A stretch of 64,000 nt of DNA. Source: a virus. The position numbers and the translations under genes were made by a program. The stretch lies in IMG/VR virus record IMGVR_UViG_3300045972_000791, positions 3,154-67,153 of that record; one strand, 5' to 3'. Below the pieces are notes generated by a model that worked only from the letters and a program-made list of their open reading frames with translations, searched no databases and was not told the origin of the DNA. Shown here piece after piece: positions 18,732 through 27,964 of this stretch. Position 1 is the stretch's first letter. Each line of letters begins with the position of its first letter.

Positions 18732-19535
18732 ATGAGAAAATATGAGTCTATAATTGGTAAACAATTTAATAGATTAACTGTATTATCTGAAGACAAACTT
18801 GTTGGTAAACAAAGATATTTCAATTGTAAATGTGAATGCGGTAATATTACCTCAGTCCGTATGTCTAGATTAAAAAATAAAAACAAGCCAGCTATATCTT
18901 GTGGTAAATGTAAAGATAGTATTATGGAAATAAAATTAGTTGGAAAGAAATTTGGGATGTTAACCATATTATCTCTTGATTTCAATAGTCCTATGAGTGG
19001 GATTAGAGGTGGTCCACCGAGAAGAGTTATTTGTAAATGTGAATGTGGAACAATAAAATCAATACCGTTATATTATTTAAAAGATACAAAATCTCCCACA
19101 TTATCATGTGGATGTTATAGAGATTTTATAAAAACTAGTCATGGAATGAGTAAAACACGTATATATAGTATTTGGCAGGGAATGAGAGATAGATGTAATA
19201 ATCCAAAAAATGTTTCATATCCTAATTATGGTGGTAGAGGTATATCATATTTAGATAAGTGGGAAGATTTTGAAGAGTTCTATAGAGATATGGGTGATCC
19301 TCCAACTGATAAACATGAACTTGATAGAATTGATAATGATAAACATTATACAAAGAAAAACTGCCGATGGTCTACTCATAAAGAACAGCAGAATAATAAA
19401 CGTAATAGTCATTTTATTGAATTTAATGGAAAGAAACAAACTCTTACTCAGTGGTCAGAAGAAACTGGTATAAAAAAGGAAACATTACGATATCGGTTAT
19501 ATAATAATTGGCCACTGGAAAAGGCTCTTTCATGA
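18732..19535 (+). CDS. Free-standing HNH homing endonuclease
   Basis: G..F.RLTV...CKCECG...SCGC repeats; W.GMR.RC.NP..Y..YGGRGI; LDRIDN...Y...NCRW....Q.NN. Confidence 0.88.
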   Translation: MRKYESIIGKQFNRLTVLSEDKLVGKQRYFNCKCECGNITSVRMSRLKNKNKPAISCGKCKDSIMEIKLVGKKFGMLTILSLDFNSPMSGIRGGPPRRVICKCECGTIKSIPLYYLKDTKSPTLSCGCYRDFIKTSHGMSKTRIYSIWQGMRDRCNNPKNVSYPNYGGRGISYLDKWEDFEEFYRDMGDPPTDKHELDRIDNDKHYTKKNCRWSTHKEQQNNKRNSHFIEFNGKKQTLTQWSEETGIKKETLRYRLYNNWPLEKALS

Positions 19536-20284
19536 TAGATCATCTTACCAAAAATGTATCTTTTTTAAAGATGCACAGATATCTTAAAGAAAAAGGTATT
19601 AAAAATAATAAATTCTTTCTAAAGCTAAATGACCCTGATCTGTTAGGAGTAGATCCTCACTCTCCAGATCTAACTAAAATACAAAAAGCAAAGATTCTAA
19701 AAGAAATTATAGGTAATCCATGGTATTTTTATAGATCCGTTATAATGATTCCCGTCCCAGGTGGTAACAAAGCCTTTGAATTGCATCGTGGTAACTTAGC
19801 TATGCTATGGGCAATGCATATGAATATTAAATCATGTGTACTATTGCCACGACAGAACTATAAGACTATTTCTACAATATGCGGTCTTCTATGGATATAC
19901 TACTTTGGAACCACTAACAGTCAGATGATCTTTAGTAATAAAGAGCTAAAAGACTCAAGACTTAACCTTAAACGATTTAAAGATATTAAAAATCTTCTTC
20001 CAAAGTATCTAGTTCATGAAGATAAATTGGATAAAGATAATATTGACTCTGTGGAACATAAGAAAAGAGGAAATGCTGTAGGAATTCTATCTGCTCCTAG
20101 AGACGAAGACCAAGCCGATAGGATGGGAAGGGGTATGACCGTTCCCATTGTATGGTATGACGAATTTGCATTCTTAAAATATAACTCTGTAGTATATGCC
20201 TCAGCTGCACCTGCACAAGGTCAAGCATCTATAGAAGCTGCAAATAATAAAAGACCATACTTTACTACAGTTACTACTACGCCT
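19532..20284 (+). CDS. Terminase large subunit, exon 1 (ATPase)
   Basis: Walker A LPRQNYKT, Walker B WYDEFAF, motif III TTTP; ATG 19532 overlaps the HNH stop. Confidence 0.88.
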
Positions 20285-20381
20285 AAATACTATTGGGCCG
20301 TCTGGATGAGAGTTCAGATGATAATCTCTTTAATTGCTGGAACATCCCTATGGGAAAATCAGCAGCGAAAATTCTACTACT

Positions 20382-20393
20382 AACATATCATTA
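20382..20393 (+). promoter_or_regulatory. Late-type promoter inside the intron
   Basis: AACA TATCAT TA upstream of the intron endonuclease. Confidence 0.6.
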
Positions 20394-20416
20394 ACAAAAT
20401 TGATGTGGAGGTAGTT

Positions 20417-21193
20417 ATGAGAAAAACTCATGAAACATTTGTATCTGAAGTATTTCAATTACGTGGTAACGAATATAAGGTTATTAGTAAATACACTACT
20501 AATCGAAATAAAATTCGTATGCTACATAATAAGTGCGGTATGGAATACGAAGTTGCACCTACTAATTTTCTAGGCTCTCCAAAGAAGAAAGGTATAGAAT
20601 GCCCATTTTGTACAGGTGGAGGTTCAGGTGCAGATAGACAACGAATGTCTGAATGGTTTAAGATTAAGGTAAAGAATAAAGTAGGAACAGCATACACAGT
20701 TATAGAAGAATATAAAGGTACTCATAAACCAATTGATATTCTTCATAATGATTGTAACAGAATTACTAAAGTTAGCCCAACTAATTTCTTAAAGAATACA
20801 GCTTATACAAGGTGTGTTCATTGCCAAAGAGAAGAAAATATCTCCCAAGGTGAGAAGATAATTAAAGATTGGTTGGAAACTAACGATGCTGATTTTACCT
20901 TTCAATGGTTTTGTCCAGAATTAAATAAAGAACAAAAAAATCATCGATATTCATTTGATTTTAGAGTGGAGCTGAATGATGGTTCTTTTGCACTTATAGA
21001 GTATAATGGTGAATTGCACTATAGACTATGGCGAGGAAATAGTGAATCTGCTGTTAAAAAATTAGAAAATACTCAAAAAAGTGATATTCTTAAAAAGGAA
21101 TATTGTCAAGATAATAATATACCTTTTCTGGTTATTCCATATACAAATCTTTATCAAATATCAACTATTCTAGATAAGTTTTTCCAAGAATGA
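20417..21193 (+). CDS. Intron-encoded endonuclease (Zn-ribbon repeats plus Vsr/EDxHD-like nuclease)
   Basis: H..CG...CPFC and H..C...CVHC repeats; SQGE, FDF...IEYNGELHY, D..K...C; GGAGG Shine-Dalgarno before ATG 20417. Confidence 0.8.
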   Translation: MRKTHETFVSEVFQLRGNEYKVISKYTTNRNKIRMLHNKCGMEYEVAPTNFLGSPKKKGIECPFCTGGGSGADRQRMSEWFKIKVKNKVGTAYTVIEEYKGTHKPIDILHNDCNRITKVSPTNFLKNTAYTRCVHCQREENISQGEKIIKDWLETNDADFTFQWFCPELNKEQKNHRYSFDFRVELNDGSFALIEYNGELHYRLWRGNSESAVKKLENTQKSDILKKEYCQDNNIPFLVIPYTNLYQISTILDKFFQE

Positions 21194-21363
21194 CGTTCAA
21201 CGACTAGAGCGAAAGCTCGTACACTACAAGCTAATGGTAGTGGAAATGGGAGACATCCTAACTCTATGAGAAGGATGAAGATATAGTCTACTCTGCACGG
21301 TAACATGCAGCTGCTAGGAAATTGCTAGCGGGATAGAAGTTGCGACTCTATTCGAATACAAGG

Positions 21364-22536
21364 AATAATATTGACGTATTAACTGGTTTATATTGTAAGA
21401 CTGAGATTATGGATAAAGCATGTCCATTTATCGAAGAGATGTATGATTGGAGTAGGGAAAAGGTTGTTACATACCTAGATAAAAACTCAGAAAATGACTT
21501 TGTATATATCGAATACTCTTATAAAGAATTAGGTAGAAGTGAAGCTTGGTTTAGGACGCAATGTCGTCAGTTGCTTGGAGATACGCTTAAAATCAAACGA
21601 GAAATACTTCTTGAATGGACTAAAGCCTCAGATACTTCTCCATTTACAGAAGATCAACTTCAGGCTATAGATGATAAACTACTAGAAGAGGTTGGAACTA
21701 TAACATTAAGAGAATACTATACTCTCCATCTTATAGATTTCATAAAGAAAGATAAAGTATATCTAGTTGGTCTTGACCTTGCAGGTGGTCTTGATAGAGA
21801 TGAATCAGCTATAGTTATCGTTGATCCAGATACTTCTCTACCAGTTGGTTTCTTTCATAATAATAAAATAGATACTGATGAACTATATCTATTAGCTCAA
21901 GAGCTTATTGAAAGCTACTTACCTAGATCAATTCTTATACCTGAAAGAAACTCTTATGGTTTACCATTCTGTCAACGATGGATGAAATCTAAATTAGAGA
22001 AAAATTTATTCTTTCATTCAAGAGAGAAAGCAGAAAAAAGAGTTGGTCAGGCAACATCTAAAACTAGACTTAAAGTATATGGTATCGATACTACTGCTAA
22101 GTCTCGTGATTTAATGATTGACATTCTTAAAAAGGATGTTGTAGAACATCCGGAGTTCTTCAGAATAAAGAAGCTATATGATCAAGTTCGCAATCTTGAG
22201 AGAACTAAGAATGGAAAGATAGAACACTCTTCACATAGTCATGACGATATTCTATTTGCATATTTAATGTGTAGATATGCCATGTGGTATCATATGGATA
22301 TCTTAGGTAAATATTTCCTAAAGGTAAATATCCAGAGAAGAAATGTATCTCATATGGAAATAGTTGGATCTAATAATGAAAGAGCTGTAGAAAGTAGAGA
22401 ATTATTAATGCAACCTATAATGCAACCAATTGAAAGTCCCTTAAGTACAATGACAGCTACAGGTGGACTTAAATTGGCAAAAAGATCTAACTTAATAAGC
22501 GTAATTAATTTAAATAATGATGATGGAGGAAGATAA
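21364..22536 (+). CDS. Terminase large subunit, exon 2 (nuclease)
   Basis: GLDLAGG..RDES, IPERNSYG, HDDILFA RNase H-fold motifs. Confidence 0.88.
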   Translation, partial: NNIDVLTGLYCKTEIMDKACPFIEEMYDWSREKVVTYLDKNSENDFVYIEYSYKELGRSEAWFRTQCRQLLGDTLKIKREILLEWTKASDTSPFTEDQLQAIDDKLLEEVGTITLREYYTLHLIDFIKKDKVYLVGLDLAGGLDRDESAIVIVDPDTSLPVGFFHNNKIDTDELYLLAQELIESYLPRSILIPERNSYGLPFCQRWMKSKLEKNLFFHSREKAEKRVGQATSKTRLKVYGIDTTAKSRDLMIDILKKDVVEHPEFFRIKKLYDQVRNLERTKNGKIEHSSHSHDDILFAYLMCRYAMWYHMDILGKYFLKVNIQRRNVSHMEIVGSNNERAVESRELLMQPIMQPIESPLSTMTATGGLKLAKRSNLISVINLNNDDGGR

Positions 22537-23325
22537 ATGTTATCTCAAGCTGGATTTGAAGATTTTGATGATACCAATCATCAGAATGAAGATTTTGATA
22601 TGGATGAGCTAAATAATTTATCCGCAGGTATTATAGGTGCATCAGTCCTAGATCAATTAAGAGGGGATATTGAATTAACTAAATCCCCTACTAACTTTTT
22701 AGGTATATTAGATGATAGGATTAAATATCTATTACAGATTAATTATGGTAATGATGATGTTATTATTAAGATTAAATCTGCAGAATTAGAATTTTATACT
22801 AATATAGCCATAGAAGTAGCAAAGCATTTAAGTGTTTCATTAGATGGTCTTGACCTTGAACCAACAATACCATCTATTTATAAGAGAAAAATTAAATCAT
22901 TGTATAATTTTCTAATTATATATCGATTTAATAATCTTATGAGTGTGTATTATACATATATACTAAACCATAGGAAAGATATTGCTAAAGAACTCAGACC
23001 TTATACTGATAAAAAGGATATTACTGTAGGTAATATGCGTAAACAGATTAAGAATTTTGATGATATTTCTATACTATATAATTTATCTGAAATCATTGAT
23101 CATCTAGCTGTAGATGATATGAAGATGGATGAATTTATTGATTTATTAACTACTGCTGATGGTGACTCGGTAGACACTTATCTTTCCGTTGAGTGTTTAA
23201 CTGGATGCAGTATTCCTAAACCACTTGAGACTTATTCTTCATTTGTTACTAACAATGATGATTTAAGATCTTCATTGGAAAATGAACTATTATTCCACTT
23301 AAATTCTACATTTGAAAGGAAATGA
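22537..23325 (+). CDS. Hypothetical protein
   Basis: 262-aa ORF abutting terminase, GGAGG Shine-Dalgarno. Confidence 0.7.
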   Translation: MLSQAGFEDFDDTNHQNEDFDMDELNNLSAGIIGASVLDQLRGDIELTKSPTNFLGILDDRIKYLLQINYGNDDVIIKIKSAELEFYTNIAIEVAKHLSVSLDGLDLEPTIPSIYKRKIKSLYNFLIIYRFNNLMSVYYTYILNHRKDIAKELRPYTDKKDITVGNMRKQIKNFDDISILYNLSEIIDHLAVDDMKMDEFIDLLTTADGDSVDTYLSVECLTGCSIPKPLETYSSFVTNNDDLRSSLENELLFHLNSTFERK

Positions 23326-23923
23326 AATGTCGGGGAGAACCTATCCAAGAAGTATAATGCAAGCAGCCATTGAGACTCATGGTAAGCAAACAGTGAATGA
23401 TGCTATTAAAGATATTGCTATGGGTGAGATTAGCATCAAAGATCAAATTGATGAAAATTTTGACCCAAACAAGCCAGTAGTTGAATCATCTGAGATTAGA
23501 GTTATGGCTAAAGAAGCAATGGTAGATGGAATGGATACTGAAGCCAGTATCAAACTTAGAAAACTTGCAGATGAAATAGATAATGTTGATAGTCTAGACA
23601 ATCTTATGGATAAATCGCTTATTCCAACTATTGATAAGTGGAAACAGTCTTTAAGTTCTCAAAATGAAATAATTGAAAAAGTACATAAAAAATTTAATAA
23701 GAACAGAAAATACACCTTTCTTATGATGGATACTTTTAGTAATATTAAGGAAGATTTAAATTCTGATTTTGATTTATTTAAGTCTGTAGTATATGCATAT
23801 ATGAATAAGAAAAGCTGTGAAGAATTATCGCAATTCCAACCAAAAATCATGTTTAAAATAAGAACTAGAGACGCTTCCCTCATTGAAAGAGCTAAAGAGG
23901 TAGTGAATTTCTACAGGGGATAA
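23312..23923 (+). CDS. Hypothetical protein
   Basis: 203-aa ORF in operon. Confidence 0.7.
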   Translation: MKGNEMSGRTYPRSIMQAAIETHGKQTVNDAIKDIAMGEISIKDQIDENFDPNKPVVESSEIRVMAKEAMVDGMDTEASIKLRKLADEIDNVDSLDNLMDKSLIPTIDKWKQSLSSQNEIIEKVHKKFNKNRKYTFLMMDTFSNIKEDLNSDFDLFKSVVYAYMNKKSCEELSQFQPKIMFKIRTRDASLIERAKEVVNFYRG

Positions 23924-23925
23924 AT

Positions 23926-24642
23926 ATGGATTTCCTTAAAGAAGTAAATGGTTCAATTATTTGTAATACATCAGAAATAAATGTCTATATAGACAAAGAT
24001 TATTTTGAGAATGGATTATCGGTTGAGATGGGTGATGGTATAAAAACGATAGGTCTTTTTTATATTGGAGTTAAATCATCACCAACATCTAATGAACAAA
24101 TTCATCGTATAAATATACCTGCTTTCGTAAAGATAAACTTCCCAAATAGATTTGAATCATCTAATGTATTTGAAGGAAAAGACTTAGCACATTATGAATG
24201 TGCTAAGTTATCGCAGGGTGATGTATTTATTTATACGACAAATCATGTTCAAAGTATCGATTCATGTATTGCCTTTCTTAAAGCCTTCAATCTAGCTAAG
24301 ATACCATCTGCAATACCATATGATGATCTTGTAAAGATGTATAAGGGTGCAGGTGAGTATAATGGTATTAACTTTGGTGTACCATCACTAATTGTCGAAA
24401 TCATTATATCTGAATTATGTAGAAATAGTACAAATATAAATGAGCCATATCGTTTAGTAGCTGGAACTGGTAAGCAAGGTTCATATAAGATGATTCCAAT
24501 CAAGAAGATAGCTGAAGTTAGTTCTGTTTTCAATGCTATAGCATTCGAGAACATGAATCAAGCTATTCAATCATCTGTAAAAATCACAAGAAGTGGTAAG
24601 ACTCAAAAGGTTTCACCAGTTGAGAAAACCATTTTTTACTGA
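23926..24642 (+). CDS. Probable RNA polymerase beta' extreme C-terminal fragment
   Basis: GVPSLIVEIIISELCR (cf. hiEviv.qM.R) and SSVFNAIAFENMNQAI...SPVE (cf. S.lsaasFqe....l). Confidence 0.6.
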   Translation: MDFLKEVNGSIICNTSEINVYIDKDYFENGLSVEMGDGIKTIGLFYIGVKSSPTSNEQIHRINIPAFVKINFPNRFESSNVFEGKDLAHYECAKLSQGDVFIYTTNHVQSIDSCIAFLKAFNLAKIPSAIPYDDLVKMYKGAGEYNGINFGVPSLIVEIIISELCRNSTNINEPYRLVAGTGKQGSYKMIPIKKIAEVSSVFNAIAFENMNQAIQSSVKITRSGKTQKVSPVEKTIFY

Positions 24643-24676
24643 TTAAAAAATGTATGAATCTATGCACTAAAAAGCC

Positions 24677-24688
24677 AACAAAGTATTG
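24677..24688 (+). promoter_or_regulatory. Late-type promoter
   Basis: AACA AAGTAT TG upstream of the sheath gene. Confidence 0.7.
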
Positions 24689-24754
24689 AACGATAGTAAA
24701 CATTTAGCGGTGTCACTCTATCGAAATACAAATCTTTAAGAAAGGAAAAGAATT

Positions 24755-27139
24755 ATGGAATATTTGCATCCATCAATTGCTACCCGTATCATTGATAACA
24801 GCATAATTTTTATGGCAGCTCAAGGGCTAACTAATCTTTATTCTGTTATTACTGCTGACAAGGGTAAGGACAACGTGGTACAATACATGACGTCCCCCAC
24901 CGAATTCTTATTTGAATACGGTAATCCTAGCATCGGCAAGCACGGACAGCAGAATAACAACCTCTATCAGTGGTTAAACACCAGTGGTGGAGCCTATGTA
25001 CTCCGTGTACTTCCTCCTGATGCCACCTACGCTAACCTTGTCTATGAATTGAATTACAAACTTGCAGCACCTGCCAATGGTGATAATACCAACAGTCATC
25101 TTTATTTTAAACCTGCATTTAACTCATTTGAATCTGCTAAGACACGAGATATGGTTGAAACTTATTTGACCACAAAATATGAGTTGACTAGTGAAGGCTT
25201 ACCAGTAGTTGTTGGTAATAATAAAGTGAATCTATCTGCAGATACTGATGGCTTTACTGTTAAACGTATTGTTGCATTTTTACCTAAAGCTCGTGGTAAG
25301 TACTATGAAAATCTTGGTGTAAAAATGTCTGTTGTAGATAATTACGACAGTACGTATGACTTCCGTTTGTTCAATATTGAAGTAGTTGAGAAATTCCCAG
25401 GTGGTGGATATAGTACTGTTGAAGGTCCATATCTTGTATCATTTGCACCTGATGCTATTTCTCTTTCACAGGAGTCATTGTACATCAGCAACGTAATGTC
25501 AAAATACAGTAAGTATTTTGAAGCAGTTGTTAATCAGTCTGCTCTTGATGATATTGCTGCTGTAATTGATACCTTTAATGCTATGACTTTCCCAAGTCCT
25601 ATAGCTGGAAAGAGTGTTTATTCTGATGTTAACCCTAACCTCATAGACATTCTTACAGGTACACACCTCAATAAGACTAATGGTGTACGTTATGTTAATG
25701 CATATAAAGCTGTACTTGATTGTGGTGAAGGTGTTGATGCTGATTTGAATAAAAATGAGCAGATCATCATTACTCTTGAGAACTCTGATGGACAGCAGGA
25801 AAAGTTTACTATCACTGCAGGTGCAACTTTAGCTACTGCAGAAGAAATTGCTATTGAAGTTAAAAAAGTAATCGATCCTAGCGTAAACTATGAGGCAACC
25901 GTTATTGGTGGTCGTGTAGCTATTACTAATATCGATTCTACTGAAACTTTTAAAGTAATTGGTTTGTCACTAGTTGTAGCTAATCCTTCACCTATAAGTA
26001 ATCCTAATCAACTTATTGCAGCTGTTAAGATCACTAAAGCTATTCCACTTGTTTCCTTCTTGAATTCTTCAAGTTTGGAAGTTATAAGTGAATTGTCTGA
26101 TCCTAATGATCCTAAGAGTCCTAAGAAATCTATGGATGATATTGCTGCAGAGTACATGATTGAACTTCCAGCTGGTAGTGAATTATTCAGTGGTGTACAG
26201 AGTCTTAATGATATTTCTTTCCTTCAGAATGGTTCTGATGGTAAGATCTTTACAAAAGCAGAGTTTGATTTACTTTCTCCTGCTGAAAAGACTGCTGCAT
26301 TTACTAAAGATATGCTTCTTGCTCGTGGTTTTGGACAGGGTGGTTACATTGACCCTACCGTTACTAATAAGAAGGAAGTTGTTATTGATGTAGTTATGGA
26401 CTCCAATTACAATGATTCTGTAAAAGGCGCTATAGTTACGTTCTGCAGTGAAATTCGTGGTGACTGTATTGCCATCATCGATACTAACTTCACTGCTACT
26501 CCTCAACAGGCACTTGATTGGAGGAAATTAAATCCTTTCTCTACATTCTATGCTTCAATCTTTACACAAGATTTTATTGTTGATGATGCATTCTCTGGTA
26601 GTGAGATTAAAGTTACATCTACTTACTTCCTTGCATCAAAAATTCCTAACATTGATGAGCAATACGGTTTACAGTATCCTTTCGTTGGTCCACGTAGGGG
26701 TACTATTTCTGGCTTTAAGAAAATGAGCTGGAATCCTACTGAGCCTCAAAAGGAATTGTTGTACAAGCGTCAGATCAACTATGTTGAGTCTGATATTAAA
26801 CGTACTAAATTTGGTTCACAGTTAACGTCACAGACTGTTGTTTCTGCTCTATCTAACATCAATGCAGTACGTACTTTGTTGCGTATTAAACGTGATGTTG
26901 AGACTTTGGCTGAAGATTATCAATTTGAATTTGGTGATCCGCAGACTTATTCCAACTTCCAGTACAATCTTAATACGTACTTACAGCGTTGGGTTGCAAA
27001 CCGTGCCTGTTCTATTATTAAAGGTCAGGTATATGCATCGGCTTATGACAAGCAGCAGAAAATTGCCCGTGTCCGTATTGACTTAACATTCAATTATGTC
27101 ATTGAGAGAATTCTCATTGACCTAGTTGTGAATCGATAA
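24755..27139 (+). CDS. Contractile tail sheath protein
   Basis: HPSI..RIID start, EF..EYG.P, YVLRV, C-terminal GPRRG...LY..QIN...LSNINAVR.L..IKR...IERI.I. Confidence 0.9.
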   Translation: MEYLHPSIATRIIDNSIIFMAAQGLTNLYSVITADKGKDNVVQYMTSPTEFLFEYGNPSIGKHGQQNNNLYQWLNTSGGAYVLRVLPPDATYANLVYELNYKLAAPANGDNTNSHLYFKPAFNSFESAKTRDMVETYLTTKYELTSEGLPVVVGNNKVNLSADTDGFTVKRIVAFLPKARGKYYENLGVKMSVVDNYDSTYDFRLFNIEVVEKFPGGGYSTVEGPYLVSFAPDAISLSQESLYISNVMSKYSKYFEAVVNQSALDDIAAVIDTFNAMTFPSPIAGKSVYSDVNPNLIDILTGTHLNKTNGVRYVNAYKAVLDCGEGVDADLNKNEQIIITLENSDGQQEKFTITAGATLATAEEIAIEVKKVIDPSVNYEATVIGGRVAITNIDSTETFKVIGLSLVVANPSPISNPNQLIAAVKITKAIPLVSFLNSSSLEVISELSDPNDPKSPKKSMDDIAAEYMIELPAGSELFSGVQSLNDISFLQNGSDGKIFTKAEFDLLSPAEKTAAFTKDMLLARGFGQGGYIDPTVTNKKEVVIDVVMDSNYNDSVKGAIVTFCSEIRGDCIAIIDTNFTATPQQALDWRKLNPFSTFYASIFTQDFIVDDAFSGSEIKVTSTYFLASKIPNIDEQYGLQYPFVGPRRGTISGFKKMSWNPTEPQKELLYKRQINYVESDIKRTKFGSQLTSQTVVSALSNINAVRTLLRIKRDVETLAEDYQFEFGDPQTYSNFQYNLNTYLQRWVANRACSIIKGQVYASAYDKQQKIARVRIDLTFNYVIERILIDLVVNR

Positions 27140-27153
27140 GGGGGTAATATAAA

Positions 27154-27918
27154 ATGGCCGATAATATGTTTACGCTTCAACCAGACTCCAATGAAGCCTA
27201 TGGGGTTTCTGAGTTTGGTAATATGGAAGGTAATCCAGACTATTACAGAGGATGGTTTAACACTGTTCAACAGCACGTTGATCCACTTATCACTGGCTAT
27301 GCATTTGTTAAGTGGTATGATCTTCCTACTTGGGTTACTGATTTCAACAGTCAGTTTACTAACTTAACTGAGAAAAACCTCAGAGCTTTTGACTTGCCTG
27401 GAGATATTGAGATTAATAAAATCTCAAGTCAGGCTGGTTTCTCTACTGAGGAGACTGAGTTTGCTGGCAGCATTGGTAAACCAACTGGCTTTCAGATGAC
27501 TCATAAAGAGTTTTCAGGTAGTCCTATTCGTCATGCATATTCACATTGGGTTTCTGGCATTCGTGATCCTAAGACTGGTGTTGCAACTTACCCACTATTC
27601 TCAGGTCTTGAGTATGCTGCAGTCAACCATACTGGTAGCCTTTTGTATGTTATGACCCGTCCTGACGCTACAAACTTTGATAATGCAGCTATTATTGAAT
27701 TTGCAGCTTACTTTACTAATGTTATGCCTACCAAGATTCCTCTTGGTCACTTGAACTTCTCTGCAGGTAGTAATGATGCACAGGAGATTCAGATGAGCTT
27801 CACAGGTATGATGCACTTTGGTCAGTCTGTCACTGCATTCGCTGCAGCTGAAATGCAGACTACTATTAAGGGTGTACACGGTAATTATCAGTACGATAAT
27901 AACGTTGAATTCCGTTAA
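27154..27918 (+). CDS. Tail tube protein
   Basis: Follows the sheath; EFSGSPI...W.SGIRDP.TG, FTNVMPT..P. Confidence 0.8.
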   Translation: MADNMFTLQPDSNEAYGVSEFGNMEGNPDYYRGWFNTVQQHVDPLITGYAFVKWYDLPTWVTDFNSQFTNLTEKNLRAFDLPGDIEINKISSQAGFSTEETEFAGSIGKPTGFQMTHKEFSGSPIRHAYSHWVSGIRDPKTGVATYPLFSGLEYAAVNHTGSLLYVMTRPDATNFDNAAIIEFAAYFTNVMPTKIPLGHLNFSAGSNDAQEIQMSFTGMMHFGQSVTAFAAAEMQTTIKGVHGNYQYDNNVEFR

Positions 27919-27925
27919 GATTAAT

Positions 27926-27964
27926 AAAATTAGCTCTATACCTTATGGGTATAGAGCTAATTTT
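27926..27964. terminator. Bidirectional terminator between tube and portal genes
   Basis: AAAATTAGCTCTATACC...GGTATAGAGCTAATTTT. Confidence 0.8.

Larger units (their letters stand above)
20285..21363 (+). mobile_element. Group I intron in terminase gene
   Basis: 5' exon ends in U (ACGCCT), pairing with intron GGGCCGT (P1); P AATTGCTGGAA, Q AATCAGCAG, R GTTCAACGACTA, S AAGATATAGTCTA; ends in G; splicing gives an in-frame TTTP|NNID junction. Confidence 0.9.

Noticed and set aside
19508-20383. ORF-track terminase as a complete or frameshifted pseudogene
   Set aside because: The break is explained by the group I intron; the tail after TTTP is intron sequence.
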